Program-made: the position numbers and the translations under genes
The notes under the pieces: generated by a model
What the model saw: only the letters and a program-made list of their open reading frames with translations
Told to the model about the DNA's origin: nothing
The model's database searches: none
Part shown: one piece after another, positions 1 to 12,599 of the stretch
Numbering within the stretch: the stretch's first letter is position 1
How the letters are laid out: each line of letters starts with the position of its first letter
Origin: Marsupella aquatica
Lineage: Eukaryota > Plantae > Marchantiophyta
Length of the DNA: 64,000 bases
NCBI GenBank assembly: GCA_973895155.1
Contig: OZ316895.1
Location: forward strand, 9,350,184-9,414,183
Direction: 5' to 3'

Positions 1-2446
1 AACAGTAGATTAATATTGCAATTGCATAGGTAGATTACTATATTGTCCCTTCTTTATCATAGATTTGAGTGACTTAACCATGGATAACTGCAAACCATGG
101 ATAACTGGAAAATTCTATGGCAATGATCACTGCGTCTGAGAATTTGTCAGTTCCAGTAACCCTTGGATTAGGCAGATTAGGTAGAGAAGTGATTGTGGGG
201 TGGAAGCCACTTAACCCATGACACAAAAGAGGGGCACTGTAGTAAATGTGGCGAGTCACTAATTTCCACCAATATAGGTGGCAATTCAGTAAAACCCAGT
301 TGTTTTCAATGGCCTCTGAACTCTTGAAATTCAGCTATTAGCCTTGAAAGTGAATTTTCAGTAACCCATTCTAGTTGGTGCTTATACATGGCCTAAATAT
401 TGTCGAAGGCTTCAACAATGTGGGAGTCAAATCTTTACAGTGCGAAGGCAGTAAACCCCTTCCAGCAAGTACTTAAAGAAGAAACTCTCTCGTGCAACGA
501 GAAGTTGCAGAAACTGGATGGGAACTTCGAAACCTGGGATGGAACGTAAGAAAAACGTATTGCTGCTGAGAAGCTTGATTAATTAAATCAAACATTGAAT
601 CTGCTACCCTTTGTCTTGGTGTGTTTGTTGCATTGCATGTCAAATTTACTTTCTTTTATTAGTTTGGCCCTTTTTGTCCGCTTTTCCATTTTATCAGTTG
701 TTTTTAACTCTTTATAATAGTTAACAATGACAATGATCGGAGTACCTTTTTGCTCTCCTCTTTTGCCCCAGCCTAGTTTAGCCTTTCCTGTTAAAGCAAG
801 TGGCTTCAATGAATGAACTTAGAACCAAAAACCGTGAACCAGAAACTAACACCAAAGTTTGCATACGCTTGCCCGTTCTGGTGTTTGGTGCATTACTGCA
901 TTGTATAGCAAAAGCACTTTTTCTTTGAAATACTTCTACTACTTCTAGGCCAGAGAATACCCTTTTTCTCGTTTTGGCCCCATTTGCTTGAAGCAGGTGA
1001 CATTAATGAATCCGACAATGATTATTGCTCACACAGGTGTAAATACAAGTGCAATGACATGACCAGGGGCCAACAGACCTCGATGAGATGGCAGCTTTGA
1101 ACCAAAACCACCCACACCTCCACCTGCCTTCCCTACACACATGGAGAGTGCCAGAATTGAACCTTTAAATTTTTTTATCAGTTCGCATGTCCCAATGCCC
1201 TGGAAACCTGAGCTGGAGTAATTGGCCCCACGCAGATGCTTTGAGTTCGCCCACTTACTTTCGGTTAAGTGTTTGGCTTTTATTTGTTTTGAAAGCATTA
1301 CTTATTACTAACAAGTCAAACGCAATTGCAGAAACAAGGCACTCCAGCTGGTTGACACCGAGTGGGGGCTTCCATATCGTAGACAAAGTTTCCATGTCCA
1401 TATGAACTTATGAAGGGATCATGCTCTCACACTCCTATCATTTTTAATGAGAAAATGTAGAAAATGTGTGACTCATCATTTGACAACAAATGTGACAATT
1501 TTTTCGAAAATGAAGCCGGATAGACAACTAGGTTTGTCAAAATGCTCCCATTATTTTTGCAATTCAGATGGACCCCATTGTATTCATAATGTGACAAGGA
1601 ATATTCTCAATTAGTCCATCGAGTATGATTTTTGTCTCCATGGGAGTATCATTTTCCAATATTTTCCCTCTCTTATTCTTAGTAACACTTATTTCCTTGG
1701 ACACCATGTAGCAGCAGAATTGTACTCCCACTGGAACGTGCTGGATTTTTCTTTGCCCTCTTAATTGGGATGTGACAATGAGAAATCATCCCAACAATGT
1801 TGACACACCTATTGTTTTATACTTGATCCCAACAGGCTTGCTTTCAACTCCACTATTGGGAGGAGATTAGGATGCATGTGGTGCTTTGCCTGATTATAGA
1901 AATTATGGGAGGATGCACCAATGTAGTTGCCAAATGATATATGGGATAAGCATTGTCAGAGAACCAATGTTGTAGTGGCAATCTAGCACCACCTGTGCTA
2001 GTATGTACTTTTCCTAGGGAAGATAGGACTGCTCAGCCTATCTCTAGCTCGGGGGCCTCATTCCAAAGGGGCCCTCATATAATGGGCAAAGTTCTTGGGT
2101 AATAAAACCTCAAAAATAAGAAGTTTTTTTTTTAATTCATCTTTCTACCTCTAATTTTATGGAATATTCTAGGAGTTTATCTACCTAAAATTCTCAAAAT
2201 TTAATTAAAACACCCCTAATGTTCTTCCACAAAAATTAAAAGTCTTTCACTATTTAAATCCAAAAAAACAAATCATGCTTATTAGTGTGCCATGAGTTGG
2301 AAGAAAATAAATGAGGACCCTTGGATCTCTAGCATAGGTTTGGGTCTTTTGGCCAGGTTGTGTTCCTGGAGGTGCTTTTGGGCGGGTTTTTGTGCCTGAT
2401 TGACGTGTGATTTGGGTTTATTTTTCTCTGTGCCCTGCTGGTCCAT

Positions 2447-2793
2447 AAAGGACTTAACCAGGCCCCTTGAACATTGTACTTATCGGAACTCAAAGATGGA
2501 TTCAGGGCTTGACCAAGCCCCTAAGATGGTAGGCTGTCAAAAACTTCAGAATGGTATGAAGTTTGTCTCAGTTGTCATTGGGTCCTTCTCCGCAAAAGGC
2601 GGAAGAGGATTTGAAAGGAACAACATTTGGTAGGTTTTGTGGTGCCCTTAGTCAAGTAATGGTGTCTTGTGTAGTGGAAGCAGACCAGACAATGACTGCG
2701 GCAAACTTCACGTAGTTTTAGATTTTTGGCAGCCAACCATCTGAGGGGCCTGGTCAAGTCCGGAAGCCATCTCCGGGGTCAGTTAAGTCCTTT
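2447..2793. mobile_element. Foldback/MITE-like element with long imperfect terminal inverted repeats
   Basis: AAAGGACTTAAC...GGCTTGACCAAGCCCCTAAGATGGTAGGCTGTCAAAAA (2447-2543) is the near reverse complement of TTTTTGGCAGCCAACCATCTGAGGGGCCTGGTCAAGTCC...GTTAAGTCCTTT (2723-2793). No convincing TSD. Confidence 0.6.
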
Positions 2794-3276
2794 CTTGCTG
2801 CTGATCTTAGCTGTTGAATACAGTAGGCACACTTGCTTTAAAAAGAAGATTGTTAAAAGAACATGAAAACAAAAATACACGAATTTCCTACTCAGGCCGA
2901 TGAGGAGCTAACATTAATACTTGAAAGGTGTAGTGTTCTTGACTGAAGGCTTGGGTGCTTGTTTTCCCGAAATGTGAAGATAGCTTTCTGACCATAATAT
3001 ATAGCAAAGTCAAAAAGCGCCATACCTGGACACGGGACCCCAAAGGCTCTTCTTTCGATGAATGTGTTAGCGTGGTTCTATGTGAGCTTTTGCCATCTGT
3101 ACTACGCTCAGTGCATACGTATTTCACTGGTCGGTTATTTAATATATTTCCGAATTCCCAAAGAAAAGTGACTTGTGTTGAGACCAGAGAGGATTGACAG
3201 GTTTTTGGGAAAGGGGACAGCAAAACTCTGCCATACAACAGCAGCTATCGATCTGGCCACCAGTCTGGGCGGGGAA

Positions 3277-3517
3277 CAGTGTTTTTTTAGTGGCGAAAAT
3301 TAGCTAAATTTCACCTCCCCCAATATCTTTTGCTACTATTTTGTTATCTCATTAGCCATTGTTCCAACTAATCCCAGGCCCCATTAGCCAAAATCTAACA
3401 GTCAACCTTAATCTAGGGAAATTTGACGGTCAAGAAAATAATTGACTAGTAAATTTTTTGAGCATCTCCTCCTTCGCACATTTTACATTAGCCACTGTGA
3501 CTAAGAAATAAAATCCT
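3277..3517 (+). mobile_element. Dispersed MITE-like repeat, copy 1 (second copy ~61319-61590)
   Basis: Shares colinear blocks with 61319-61590: TTAGC(T/C)AAATT(T/C)CACCTCCCCCAA, CATTAGCCA, CCCCATTAGCCA(A/G)AATCTAAC, AATCTAG..(A)ATTTGA(C/T)GGTCA, ATCTCCTCC. CAG(T/G)G start is hAT-like. Confidence 0.6.
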
Positions 3518-3947
3518 TACAAAATAAGCTGGCGGGGAACCTCCATCATATTGATATGTATTGACATGTATATATTTGTTATAGCAAACTGACAGTTAAA
3601 ATAATTGCAGACTCTCGTTCCTGATAAAGTCATGATTGAATGAATGTAGTCTTGACCTACTAACAACCCCTCCAGATTAGTTTTTGACTGAGCTATAATG
3701 GCTACCCACCTGACTTGCTCAGCAGTGATATTTTAGGGGTAATTATTTAATTTTTAATTTTCTGCAGGAGAGTTTATTCATTGTTTTTCAAACTTTTTGA
3801 AATACAGTCCCCACCGCCTTTGATTGTTCTTCATTTATTACGTCTTTTTGAAATAGTTTTTCTTAGTGTGTTACTGTAGGAGGGATAGAAGAGTACCTTC
3901 TCAGGCCTTGGCATTTGTGTTTTGCAAAAGTCTTTGGTTTGCTACTA

Positions 3948-4272
3948 CCGTCTTCTCCTCAACAAAACCCCATGACCTTGTATTAAAGTTTTGACTAAGT
4001 GTTTTCATTTTTTGCACTTGAAGGGCATTGTGTTCAAATATGGTTGTTATGTTTGAAATATCAGCTTTGTGTTTGAGTGTTGGCGGCATTGTCATATGAT
4101 TCATGAATTTTTTAACCTTTGTGCTCAATGTAGAACAGTTTAGGGTCTCAAACACAGGGTCCAACTTGAACACAACGGCAGATTGTTTTGTTAAAAAATG
4201 TGGTGTTCAAGAGCAAATATTTATTTTGTTATGGGACCAATTAAAGTCCATTTTTGAACACAAGGAAGACGG
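3948..4272 (+). mobile_element. Tc1/mariner(pogo)-like MITE, copy 1
   Basis: TA|CCGTCTTC...GGAAGACGG|TA: terminal inverted repeats flanked by TA. Interior colinear with 11992-12424 (e.g. TTTGTGCTCAATGTA(G/A)AACAGTTTAGGGTC). Confidence 0.75.
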
Positions 4273-5071
4273 TAGTTAAAAAACCCTGAACTATCACCTC
4301 TATCAAGTTTGACCATTGTGCTAAGGAAGCCTACTCAGGTTGCTTTGGCTTATTGAGAGTTTTTATATGTATTTTATTGCAATTTTCCTTAGATAAGGTA
4401 ATCTTTTGTATTAGTAGAGTTTGAAATTGTTTTTATCCCCCTCTTAGTGTATTTAGAATTCTTTTTCCGGGACCCTTCTATAGGTCTATATTTATTTTTC
4501 AATCTTGCCAACCCTTTGCTAGAAGATGTATTTTTATCCTTGTATTTAGGTTATACTAAATTAACATTTAGTACAATAAAGTACACCTAAAACCTAACCT
4601 TTCTCTTCCCAAGAGTGTGAGGGAGTCAAATAGTGTGAGAAACAAACACTGCAAAATAGTGCCATCCCTTGCATCTTGACTAATAGTCAGAGTGTTGTTT
4701 CTTAAGTTTATGATTGAGTGCCTTACATGTCACTAACTAAAGCCGTTATTATGAGATAAACATGAAAAACCCGCCACTTTTCTGAAAAAGATTTATAATC
4801 TTCTAGAATCTAAATAGTCATGTACTTGAAAAATGCTTGACTTGTGGGGATCAAAGTGCGACCAACATTTTGTAAGTCCATGAGCAGTGAGGAGATGATG
4901 GCACAAATTCAACCAAAACTACTTTATATCTGCTTGAAGGTGATTCATAAAAAATTCATGCTTGCTCTAAAAAGGAATGATTGATTAATTGGGAGGCCAC
5001 TGCTTGCTGGCCAGTGGCCATAGCCAGACCATAATATTGGAATAAACTAGCTCAACACCCATGCGTTGCAC

Positions 5072-5478
5072 AAAAGATGTCGTGTCATCCAAGACGTCAT
5101 TGAAAAAAAAGTTGTTGTGTCGGCCAAGACCTCGTTGACAAAGAAGATGTCGTGTTGGCCAAGATGTTGTTGAGAGAAAAGATGTCCTGTTGGGCAAGAC
5201 GTCGTTGAGAAAAAAGATGTCGCGTTGGCCAAGATGTTGTTAAGACAAAAGATGTCATTAAGAAAATAGAGGTCGTGTCCCGGGGTCGTGTTGCCAATGA
5301 TGTTGTTATGTAAAAGATGTCATTAAAAAAAGAAGTTGTGCCACCAAAGAAGTCGTTATGTAAATGATGTCATCAAGTAAAAAGATGTCATTAAAACAAA
5401 GAAGTTGTGTCACCAAAGAAGTTGTTATGTGAAAGATGTTGTTAAGAAAATGTCAAGTAAAAAGGTGTCGTTAAAAAG
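5072..5478 (+). repeat. Degenerate minisatellite, ~35-bp unit built from two ~17-bp halves with an AAGA(T/C)GT core
   Basis: Units such as AAAGATGTCGTGTTGGCCAAGATGTTGTTGAGAGA start near 5072, 5107, 5143, 5177 and 5212, then decay. Explains the overlapping repetitive ORFs at 4985-5297. Confidence 0.85.
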
Positions 5479-6345
5479 AGTCGGGCAGGGGAGAAGGGAA
5501 GAGGGAGGGAGGGAGTGGGGCAAGGCAGGGCCAGCCCGGTCCATCAAGGCGGGGAAGGAGGGTGGTGGGAGGTTGACCGCAAGTCGACTGTCGGCGTGCG
5601 GAGCAAGGCAGTAGGGTGGTCGCCCCACTTGTAGTAGAGGCTGGCCGCACAACATTTTACTTGCCTCGGCTCAATGCTGTCACTGTGATCAGATGGCAAT
5701 TGACCTCAAGAGCTGGTGTGAGGGCCATTTTTGGTTGCTATTGCTTTGGTTTTTTTCGGTATTGAATTTCTTTCACCCAAAATGGCCCTGTAAATTCAAA
5801 TGACGGTCACGGCAAAAAAAAGGCGCAATTCCTTATTATAGTTTTTGATGTTGTCAAATGTGGTTGTCCCTTTATATATGTATTCCCAAACCCTGTCACC
5901 CCAGCCAAGAGTGGTTTGGCCCCCAACCCCTTGTTCTCTCATTTAAATATATATTGAATTTTGTCAAGTATATTTGTTTTTATAAAATGATATATTTCAC
6001 TCATATGAGTACCAAGGGAATGGGTGTATACACTTTCCTTGCATTGCATGCACATGAGGTGTACATTGGGGCAAGGTCAATATAAATAAGACAATGGCCG
6101 GGAGAGATTAGATATAGCATGTATTTGCAAGTACAATGATGACATCAAAAGGAAGTACTTTACTTGCTAAAGTGATGAGTAATATCAAGAAGGATTCTGC
6201 CCCCTTCATATTTTGCCGTGGTCTTATTTTTATTTGTTCTCTTAGCTTTGCTTTCAATATTTGATTTCTTTCACTTCGCACCAGAAACAGTAAATTGAAT
6301 GACTACAACTTCAAAAAGTGGCGCAACTGTGTATTATAGGCGTCA

Positions 6346-6444
6346 ATATGGGAATTGACAGGATCAATGATAGGCTAGGAGCAAGCTTCCAAAGTTAATA
6401 TGGGAATTGACAGGATCAATGATAGGCTATGAGCAAGCTTCCAA
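6346..6444 (+). repeat. Tandem duplication, 52-bp period x2
   Basis: AATATGGGAATTGACAGGATCAATGATAGGCTA(G/T)GAGCAAGCTTCCAA occurs twice with one mismatch. Confidence 0.9.
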
Positions 6445-6639
6445 TACTCTACAGACACTCAGACTTTAGACATTAATCTTACCCAAAAGTGCTGTTCACA
6501 CAGTTGTTGACACTAGAGAAAAAACATGTCATAGTTTAGTTCGTCTGGGTGATGGACAGAGAGTGCAGGCAGTGAGTGCTCAAGGTTCATTAATAATATT
6601 AGCCACATGCAGTTATTTCTCGAGGCTCATTAATAATAT

Positions 6640-7188
6640 AAGCCTTTTACGGTTTTACCCCAGTTTAACCTGACGGGCAACTTGACGCCTTTCCGGGCAC
6701 GTAAAACCGTCAAATGACGGCCCCAAAATTGGAAGTTTGACGCATATTCGCCAAGATTCTCCTGAACTCCCTCGGACCCTTCCCGAACTCCCCCCAAACA
6801 ATTCCCAGACTCCCCCAGACACTTCTCGGACCTCTCCCAAACCGGCTCCCCGGCTCCCCCACCCCCCCGGACCAGCTCCCCCTCCCCCCCGACCCCGGCC
6901 CGGACCTCTCCCAAACTCGGCCCGGACCCCCCTGAACAATTCCCAGACTCCCCCGGACACTTCTCGGACCTTTCCCGAACTCGGCTCCCCCCACACCCGG
7001 ACCGGCTCCCCCGAACCCCCCTAGACCGCCCCCCCCCGGACCGGCTCCCGAACCCTGCCCGAACCTCTCCCGAACTTGTCCCGGCCCAGACTGCTCCCGA
7101 ACCCGCGTGCCGGGTTGTCGTTTTGCCGGAATTTTTTGGCCAGTTTCACGGGCAAGGTCAAACCGGGGTTTTACCTGAATCGGACTCT
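6640..7188. repeat. GC-rich, C-skewed repeat block with weak inverted ends; probable non-autonomous DNA transposon
   Basis: AACAATTCCCAGACTCCCCC(A/G)GACACTTCTCGGACCT repeated (~6797, ~6935) plus many CCGGCTCCCC/CCCGAAC motifs. Ends CCCCAGTTTAACCT (~6658) and AGGTCAAACCGGGG (~7155) are imperfect inverted repeats. Confidence 0.6.
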
Positions 7189-8678
7189 TTTCATCCATGC
7201 AATAACTCCTTATCCTTATGATAATAATTGTTTACAATCGTGCCTTATTAGACTACATAATGATCCTTGGCTGATAGAAACAAATCCTTATCCTTATTGT
7301 AACTATCATGTACGAGTGTACTTATTAGGCTACATAATGATCCCTACCAGATAGCAAGGTCCTCCTCACTACCATACACCCTCCTTTTCTTTTTTTAAAC
7401 TTTTTAAAACTCTACTAATCCAATGCCCTCGGTTTGACTGTACTTTTTATCATAAGTGATCTTGGGCGGAAATGTTATCAAGCATAAGGTGACAAGGCAG
7501 GCTGTTGTTCTGGGGAGTCTGTCTGGCAGTTGAATTTTGAGAAGTGTGCAACCTAAGGGAAGAGTGGCGGGATATACTTGGGCTGTTGGCCCATCTCATG
7601 ATCAAAAAAACATTTCACCCTAATCAAACAGCCTAACTATCTTTTGGAAACAGAATAGGAGAAAGAAAGACTGAGTTGTATCCCATTTTATAGTGTTTGG
7701 ACTCATATTGGTATAACTTATTCAAACTCTTTCCCTTGTTTAAGATTATTATGTTGAGTGGACTATATTCATAACAGCAAGTCCATTATCATCTAACGCA
7801 CATTCAAGTAATCAAGGCACAGAGAGATACGTGGCTCACCTCAGCAGAGACTATACCATCGGGAACACATGAAAATTTTATTGCATTGTAGGTCTGTCAG
7901 CCTGTCGGCCATATTGAGTCTCTCCAAGTCCGGCGGGGCCAAAGGTATCGCTCATATATGGTATTATACATATTATGTCTCTCCCATTAACCCGACACCC
8001 TCCCCTTCCGCCCCCCCCCCCCTCCCCCCCTTTGGAGCACAAGAGTTAGGGTTGATTTTAGTATATCGGGTTGTTCTTAGTTTGGCTGCATTTTGATTGA
8101 TCAGCCATGAATCCATGAATGGTCATTGTTTTGGCAAAAACAAAAGTAAATGCTAGAAAGTACAAGTTCTCTCTATCTCTTAACTAATTTTGTAACAATG
8201 AGCCTGAGCATTCTCTATCCGAGAAAACACTCCTTGAGGATATAGTGTGCATATGTCATGAATAACCTAACCAAGTTTGCAGCTAAGGTTAGCCTTAATT
8301 TGAGCCATAATTAGGGTTACAATTGTAACCCTAAACCTAAGAGTAAATGCCTAACATATTAGTGATGACACATTTAATATTTTATTAGTGATGAACATTC
8401 AATGTTTTAATACTTTACATTATGTTACATGAATTAAGCTTCTATTTAAGTTTGTAAAAAAGTGAAGTATCCAAACTGATTTGATGTAGTAAGTGAGTTT
8501 TCTTCTGTTTCACCCACTTTAACCTCACACTCTTTTCACTCTGGCCTGTGATTCTGAGAAAAGGTGTTGTCTAGCGTCCTCCATGTCAATGTATATCTTG
8601 TCTTTGACAGCACTCTAAGTTTGCTAACAAAGTCGGTCAAGCAAAGTACAATGAAGAAAAGCAAACGACTTATAATGA

Positions 8679-9708
8679 CTGGATTGGCTTCAAGCCAATC
8701 CAGTCATTCCTCATTTGCGGATGTCTTCAACGGAGTTCTCCACAGCCATGTGTCTTCGTATGGGGCTGCCCCACCCACTTCTTGCAGGTTTACCTCCTTC
8801 TTGCACTTGTGGGAAGCCTTGTGATGCCACAGGTGTCCATCTTCTTCGGTGCAGTTTGGGAGGTGAAACCATTATTGTTCATGACGCTGTGCGCGATGCG
8901 ACTGCTCAGGTTCTCTCTGGCTCTTTGGTATGCGTGCGGCGGGAGGTGGTACTCGAGTTACCTGGTCCTCCATCACAGCGGTTACGGGTGGATCTTACCA
9001 TGGTCCGTGAGGGTCAACGTACTTTGGCAGATGTAGTGGTGGCCAACCCATTGCGCCAAGACATCATCGGGACAGCGGCAACTACGGCAGGGGCAGCAGG
9101 GGCAGCAGCGTCACGTGCGGCAACAACAAAGGAGGCCAAATATGCTGCACGAGCTTCATCCGACAGCTTCCTCCCCCTTGCTCTGGAGCTATTTGGGCAT
9201 CTTCATCCTCAGTTTGATGGGCTTCTTCGGCAAGCTGCCCGGGATGTTCATGGCCGAATGGGTCCCTCCGGACCCCCGCTTTCTGTTTTGACCACGCACT
9301 TTTGCCAACGCATTTCAGTCACCTTACAGCGTGCTCAAGCTCGGGCCATCTATCGTCGATCTCTTACAGTGGGTGCTAGTGTGCCTCCGCAGCGGCTAGC
9401 TCCCCTAGAGGATGTTCCAATCCCCCTTGCCGATCTAGTTTTGACCCTTGATGTGGACCATTAGCTTTTTGCCACATTCGCTAGGAATGATGAGGACCTC
9501 GGTCCGCTTGGGTTAGTTTTAGTCTCTCTTTCTTGGTTTTCAGGGGTTCCCTATTGCTCATTTCTTACTTTTAGTTCCTCTTTCTTGGTGTTTAGTGGTT
9601 CCCTTTTGCTCACTTCTTTTTGGTTTGGTTTTGTCCACTTGGGCCCTCTTTTGTTTGTTCTTTTTGTACTCTGTTTGGTCCCTTTGTATATAAAAAATGT
9701 GTATATTC
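8679..9708 (+). mobile_element. 5'-truncated CRE-clade non-LTR retrotransposon (C-terminal zinc knuckle + restriction-like endonuclease), copy 1
   Basis: Open 249-aa frame 8715-9464 with CxC-x8-HxxxC knuckle (CTCGKPCDATGVHLLRC), HDAVRD, RVD...LADVVV, KEAKY and FLPLALELFG motifs typical of RLE elements. T-rich 3' UTR. 11-bp direct repeat ACTTATAATGA at 8668-8678 and 9709-9719 is consistent with a TSD. Confidence 0.85.
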
Positions 9709-9998
9709 ACTTATAATGAGACCAGACACAAACTCGAAAGAAGTGTGCAAAGGTAAACCTGAAACCTAGAAAGAGAAAACGGAACAAGAAAAAGGAAATA
9801 CCCCTACCCTAATGTGATCTTTGACAGTTTCTCTTTATTCTTTTTCTTGCAAAAGGGGAAAGGACCAATTTTCTGGAAAGGGCTAAACAACATATAATAG
9901 AGCAAAAGAAGAGAGGTCCAAAGAGGAGAAAAACTAATTAAACTCATCAAATGCCAACCCAAAAAGGAAGGAAGAAGTTAAATGATTTAACTTACAAG

Positions 9999-11197
9999 TT
10001 TTTTTTACTGAATACAAACTTTTTACATAAAGCTCCAAACGAAGTACAAAAGAATAAATAAAACAGGTCCAAAGCAGACAAAACCCAAACTCAAAAGAAG
10101 TGAGCAAAGGAAAAGTTAACCCTCTTAGGAATTGACTCAAGTTCCCGGCTTCTAGTTAGTTTGGCCTTACTAGAGTTAGTTAACCTTGGATTGCATTAGG
10201 ATACGATCCCCTTAGTTTAGGCCCACACATCTCGGCCCCCTCTGGGGGGTATAGGTTGGAGGGAGAACATTCTCTCTCTCATTCTTCATATGTACGTTCT
10301 CATGAACTATGGATCCTTCAGGAGTATCTTCATCGTGGGGTCTTGTTCGTGTAGTGTGAGATTGAGTGCTCTCATGGTCTGCATTGTTATCTAGTCTGGA
10401 GCCGACGGTTTCCTATAAACCCCTAACAACCAAGAAAAGGGAAACAAAACTCACACAAATGGACTCAAGGTGGCACACTAGCACCCATTGTGAGAGATTG
10501 ACGATAGATGACCCAAGCTTGAGCAAATTGTAATGTAACTGAAATGCGTTGACAAAAGTGTTTGGTCAAAACAGAGAGTGAGGGTCCGGTGGGACCCATT
10601 TGGCCATGAATGTAACGAGTAGCCTGCTAACTAAACCCATCAAATTGATGATGAAGATGCCCAAAGATCTCAAGAGCAAGGGGGAGGAAGCGATCAGATG
10701 AAGCCTGTGCACCATATTTGGCCTCTTTTGTCATTGTCGCTCGTGATGCCGCTGCCCCTGCCGTTGTTGCCACTGTCTCGATGATGTCTTGGTGCAAAGA
10801 GTTTGCCACCACTACATCTACCAAAGTACACTAACCATGACGGACCATGGTAAGTTCCCAAGTAAGTTCAACCCATAACTGTTGTGATGGAGGCCCAAGT
10901 AACTTAAGCAGCATCTCTCGCTGAACATGGACCAAAGATCTAGAGAGAACCTGGGCAATAGCATCTTCATAGCATCATGAACAACAATGGTTTTGCCACC
11001 CAAATTGCATCAAAGAAGATGGACACTCGTGGCATCACAAGGCTTCCCACATGTGCATAATAGATAAACAAAGAAGAAGTGGATTGGGGCAACTCCATAC
11101 AAAGATGCATGGCTGTCAAAAACTCTTCTCAAGACATCCACACATGAGGAATGGCAAGATTGGCCTAAAGCCACCCTCCTGCATCCTTCCCTCCAGA
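9999..11197 (-). mobile_element. Degenerate CRE-clade non-LTR retrotransposon, copy 2 (inverted relative to copy 1)
   Basis: Frameshifted pieces (CTCGKPCDATSVHLL; GGKTIVVHDA; VDVVVANSLHQDIIETVATTAGAAASRATMTKEAKY...FLPLALEIFGHLH) match copy 1. The 3' UTR resumes at ~10120-10000 and ends in an A run on the minus strand. Confidence 0.8.
10123..10428. mobile_element. Solo-LTR-like insertion inside the 3' UTR of CRE copy 2
   Basis: ~306 bp absent from CRE copy 1, bounded by TCTTAGG (degenerate TGTTAGG)...CCTAACA. No exact TSD. Confidence 0.5.
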
Positions 11198-11439
11198 AAA
11201 TCAAAAGTACACTCAAGATGTATCTTAAATCTCTTTCTACTTTCTGTAAGTTATGAACATACTATACTAGACTATACTATTTTTCTGTAAATTACACCCC
11301 TATGCACAGTATGCAGGTGGTGCAAAGAAATCTTGAGATAGGTCTTCCAGGGGGTGCCATACTTGTAGCAGGACCTGTGCAAAACCTTAATTATATTTCA
11401 TTTTAATAAGTATGGCATTTTTCTCGAGTGGAAACTATA

Positions 11440-11600
11440 AATTTCAAAATGAAAAGTACTGTTTACACCAGGATGCTTAGAATATTTTCAAATTTTATAT
11501 AACTGATTTTTTGGAGGGTTCACAAGGATCCCAAAACATTTTGCTAGTTGGGCCCAGAACTTTTATTAATAATTATTTATTGTTTGGGCATGTTTGGGCA
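11440..11600 (+). repeat. Dispersed repeat homologous to the flanks of the LTR element at 31801-35409 (empty-site equivalent)
   Basis: GGATGCTTAGAATATTTTCAAATTTT...TTTTGGAGGGTTCACAAGGATCCCAAAACATTTTGCTAG aligns across the joined sequence 31757-31800 + 35415-35480. Confidence 0.6.
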
Positions 11601-11991
11601 AACCGGGAGGGATTAGATGTGAGGACCATACTTAATGTCAACGTTAGCTACTCAAAATCTTTTGGAATTTAAACAGTGAACAGTACGAGTGAGTGATCGA
11701 ATAACCTTTCAAATTCATGAATTCAATTCTGCATGAGACCCGAAATATTTTCCGCCAAAATGGGCACAACCCAACAAAATAACACCCTCGGGACGAAGCC
11801 ACCCAGAGAGACATGACACCACCCCAGCTGGAAGGGCTGCCCAAGGGGCAAAAAAAACTGATCAGGCCATGAGTCCAAACAGCCACTGTAGGACGGCCAT
11901 CAAACAATCCCAGACTTAGCTGTATCTCCTATTCTTTCTACTCCTGGTCTGCCTACGGTGGCATTCAGAATTCTGCAGTTGGGTTTACCTA

Positions 11992-12424
11992 CTGTCTTCC
12001 CCCGAACACAATGTCATGGCCTTGTATTCGAATAGTGGGCCATGGGGCGCTCTATTTGAATAGTGCGCCAAGGGTGTTGTATTCAAGTTTTGTCTATATG
12101 TTTTCATTTTTTTGTATTTGCAGGGCATTGTGTTTGAAAACGGGTGTTGTGTTCAAATATTGACGTTGTGTTTAAATATTGGAATTGGCATATGATAATT
12201 AAATTTTTTACTATTTGTGCTCAATGTAAAACAGTTTAGGGTCAGATTTTGAACAAAGTGTCCAACTCAAACACAATGCCAATATTCGAACACAACGCCC
12301 GGGCGCTGTGTTAAATGACGTTGTGTTTGAAGAAACAATACTTTTTCTTATGGAGGCCTAAATAAATACATTTTCAAACACAATGCTGGGGCGCCGTGTT
12401 CAGGGCCCGTTCAGGGGAAGACGG
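11992..12424 (+). mobile_element. Tc1/mariner(pogo)-like MITE, copy 2
   Basis: TA|CTGTCTTCCCCCGAAC...GTTCAGGGGAAGACGG|TA; interior homologous to 3948-4272. Confidence 0.75.
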
Positions 12425-12599
12425 TAGTATGGTGCATCACTTATTGGATCAGCCTGATCCTGTGTAAATGATTATAAGTCCTTTGCTGGAGCTGCTTCCT
12501 TGTGTTGTCCTCTTTACCCTGAAGGGTAATGTGGGTTGGCAGCCCATGAACATCAACCTTCTTCAATGGTATGGCAAAGACAGATTAAGGTGTTAGTCT

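Noticed and set aside
820-1420. Coding-looking fragments
   Set aside because: Stops in all frames and no motif I can assign.
5072-5478. CRISPR-like array
   Set aside because: Units are contiguous degenerate repeats without unique spacers, the context is eukaryotic and there are no cas genes.
6350-6420. GGAATTGAC resembling an SSU rRNA motif
   Set aside because: Only a 9-mer inside a 52-bp tandem duplication, with no further rRNA similarity.
6630-7198. Gly-rich and Pro-rich ORFs (94-162 aa)
   Set aside because: Open in several frames on both strands because the DNA is a GC-rich repeat.
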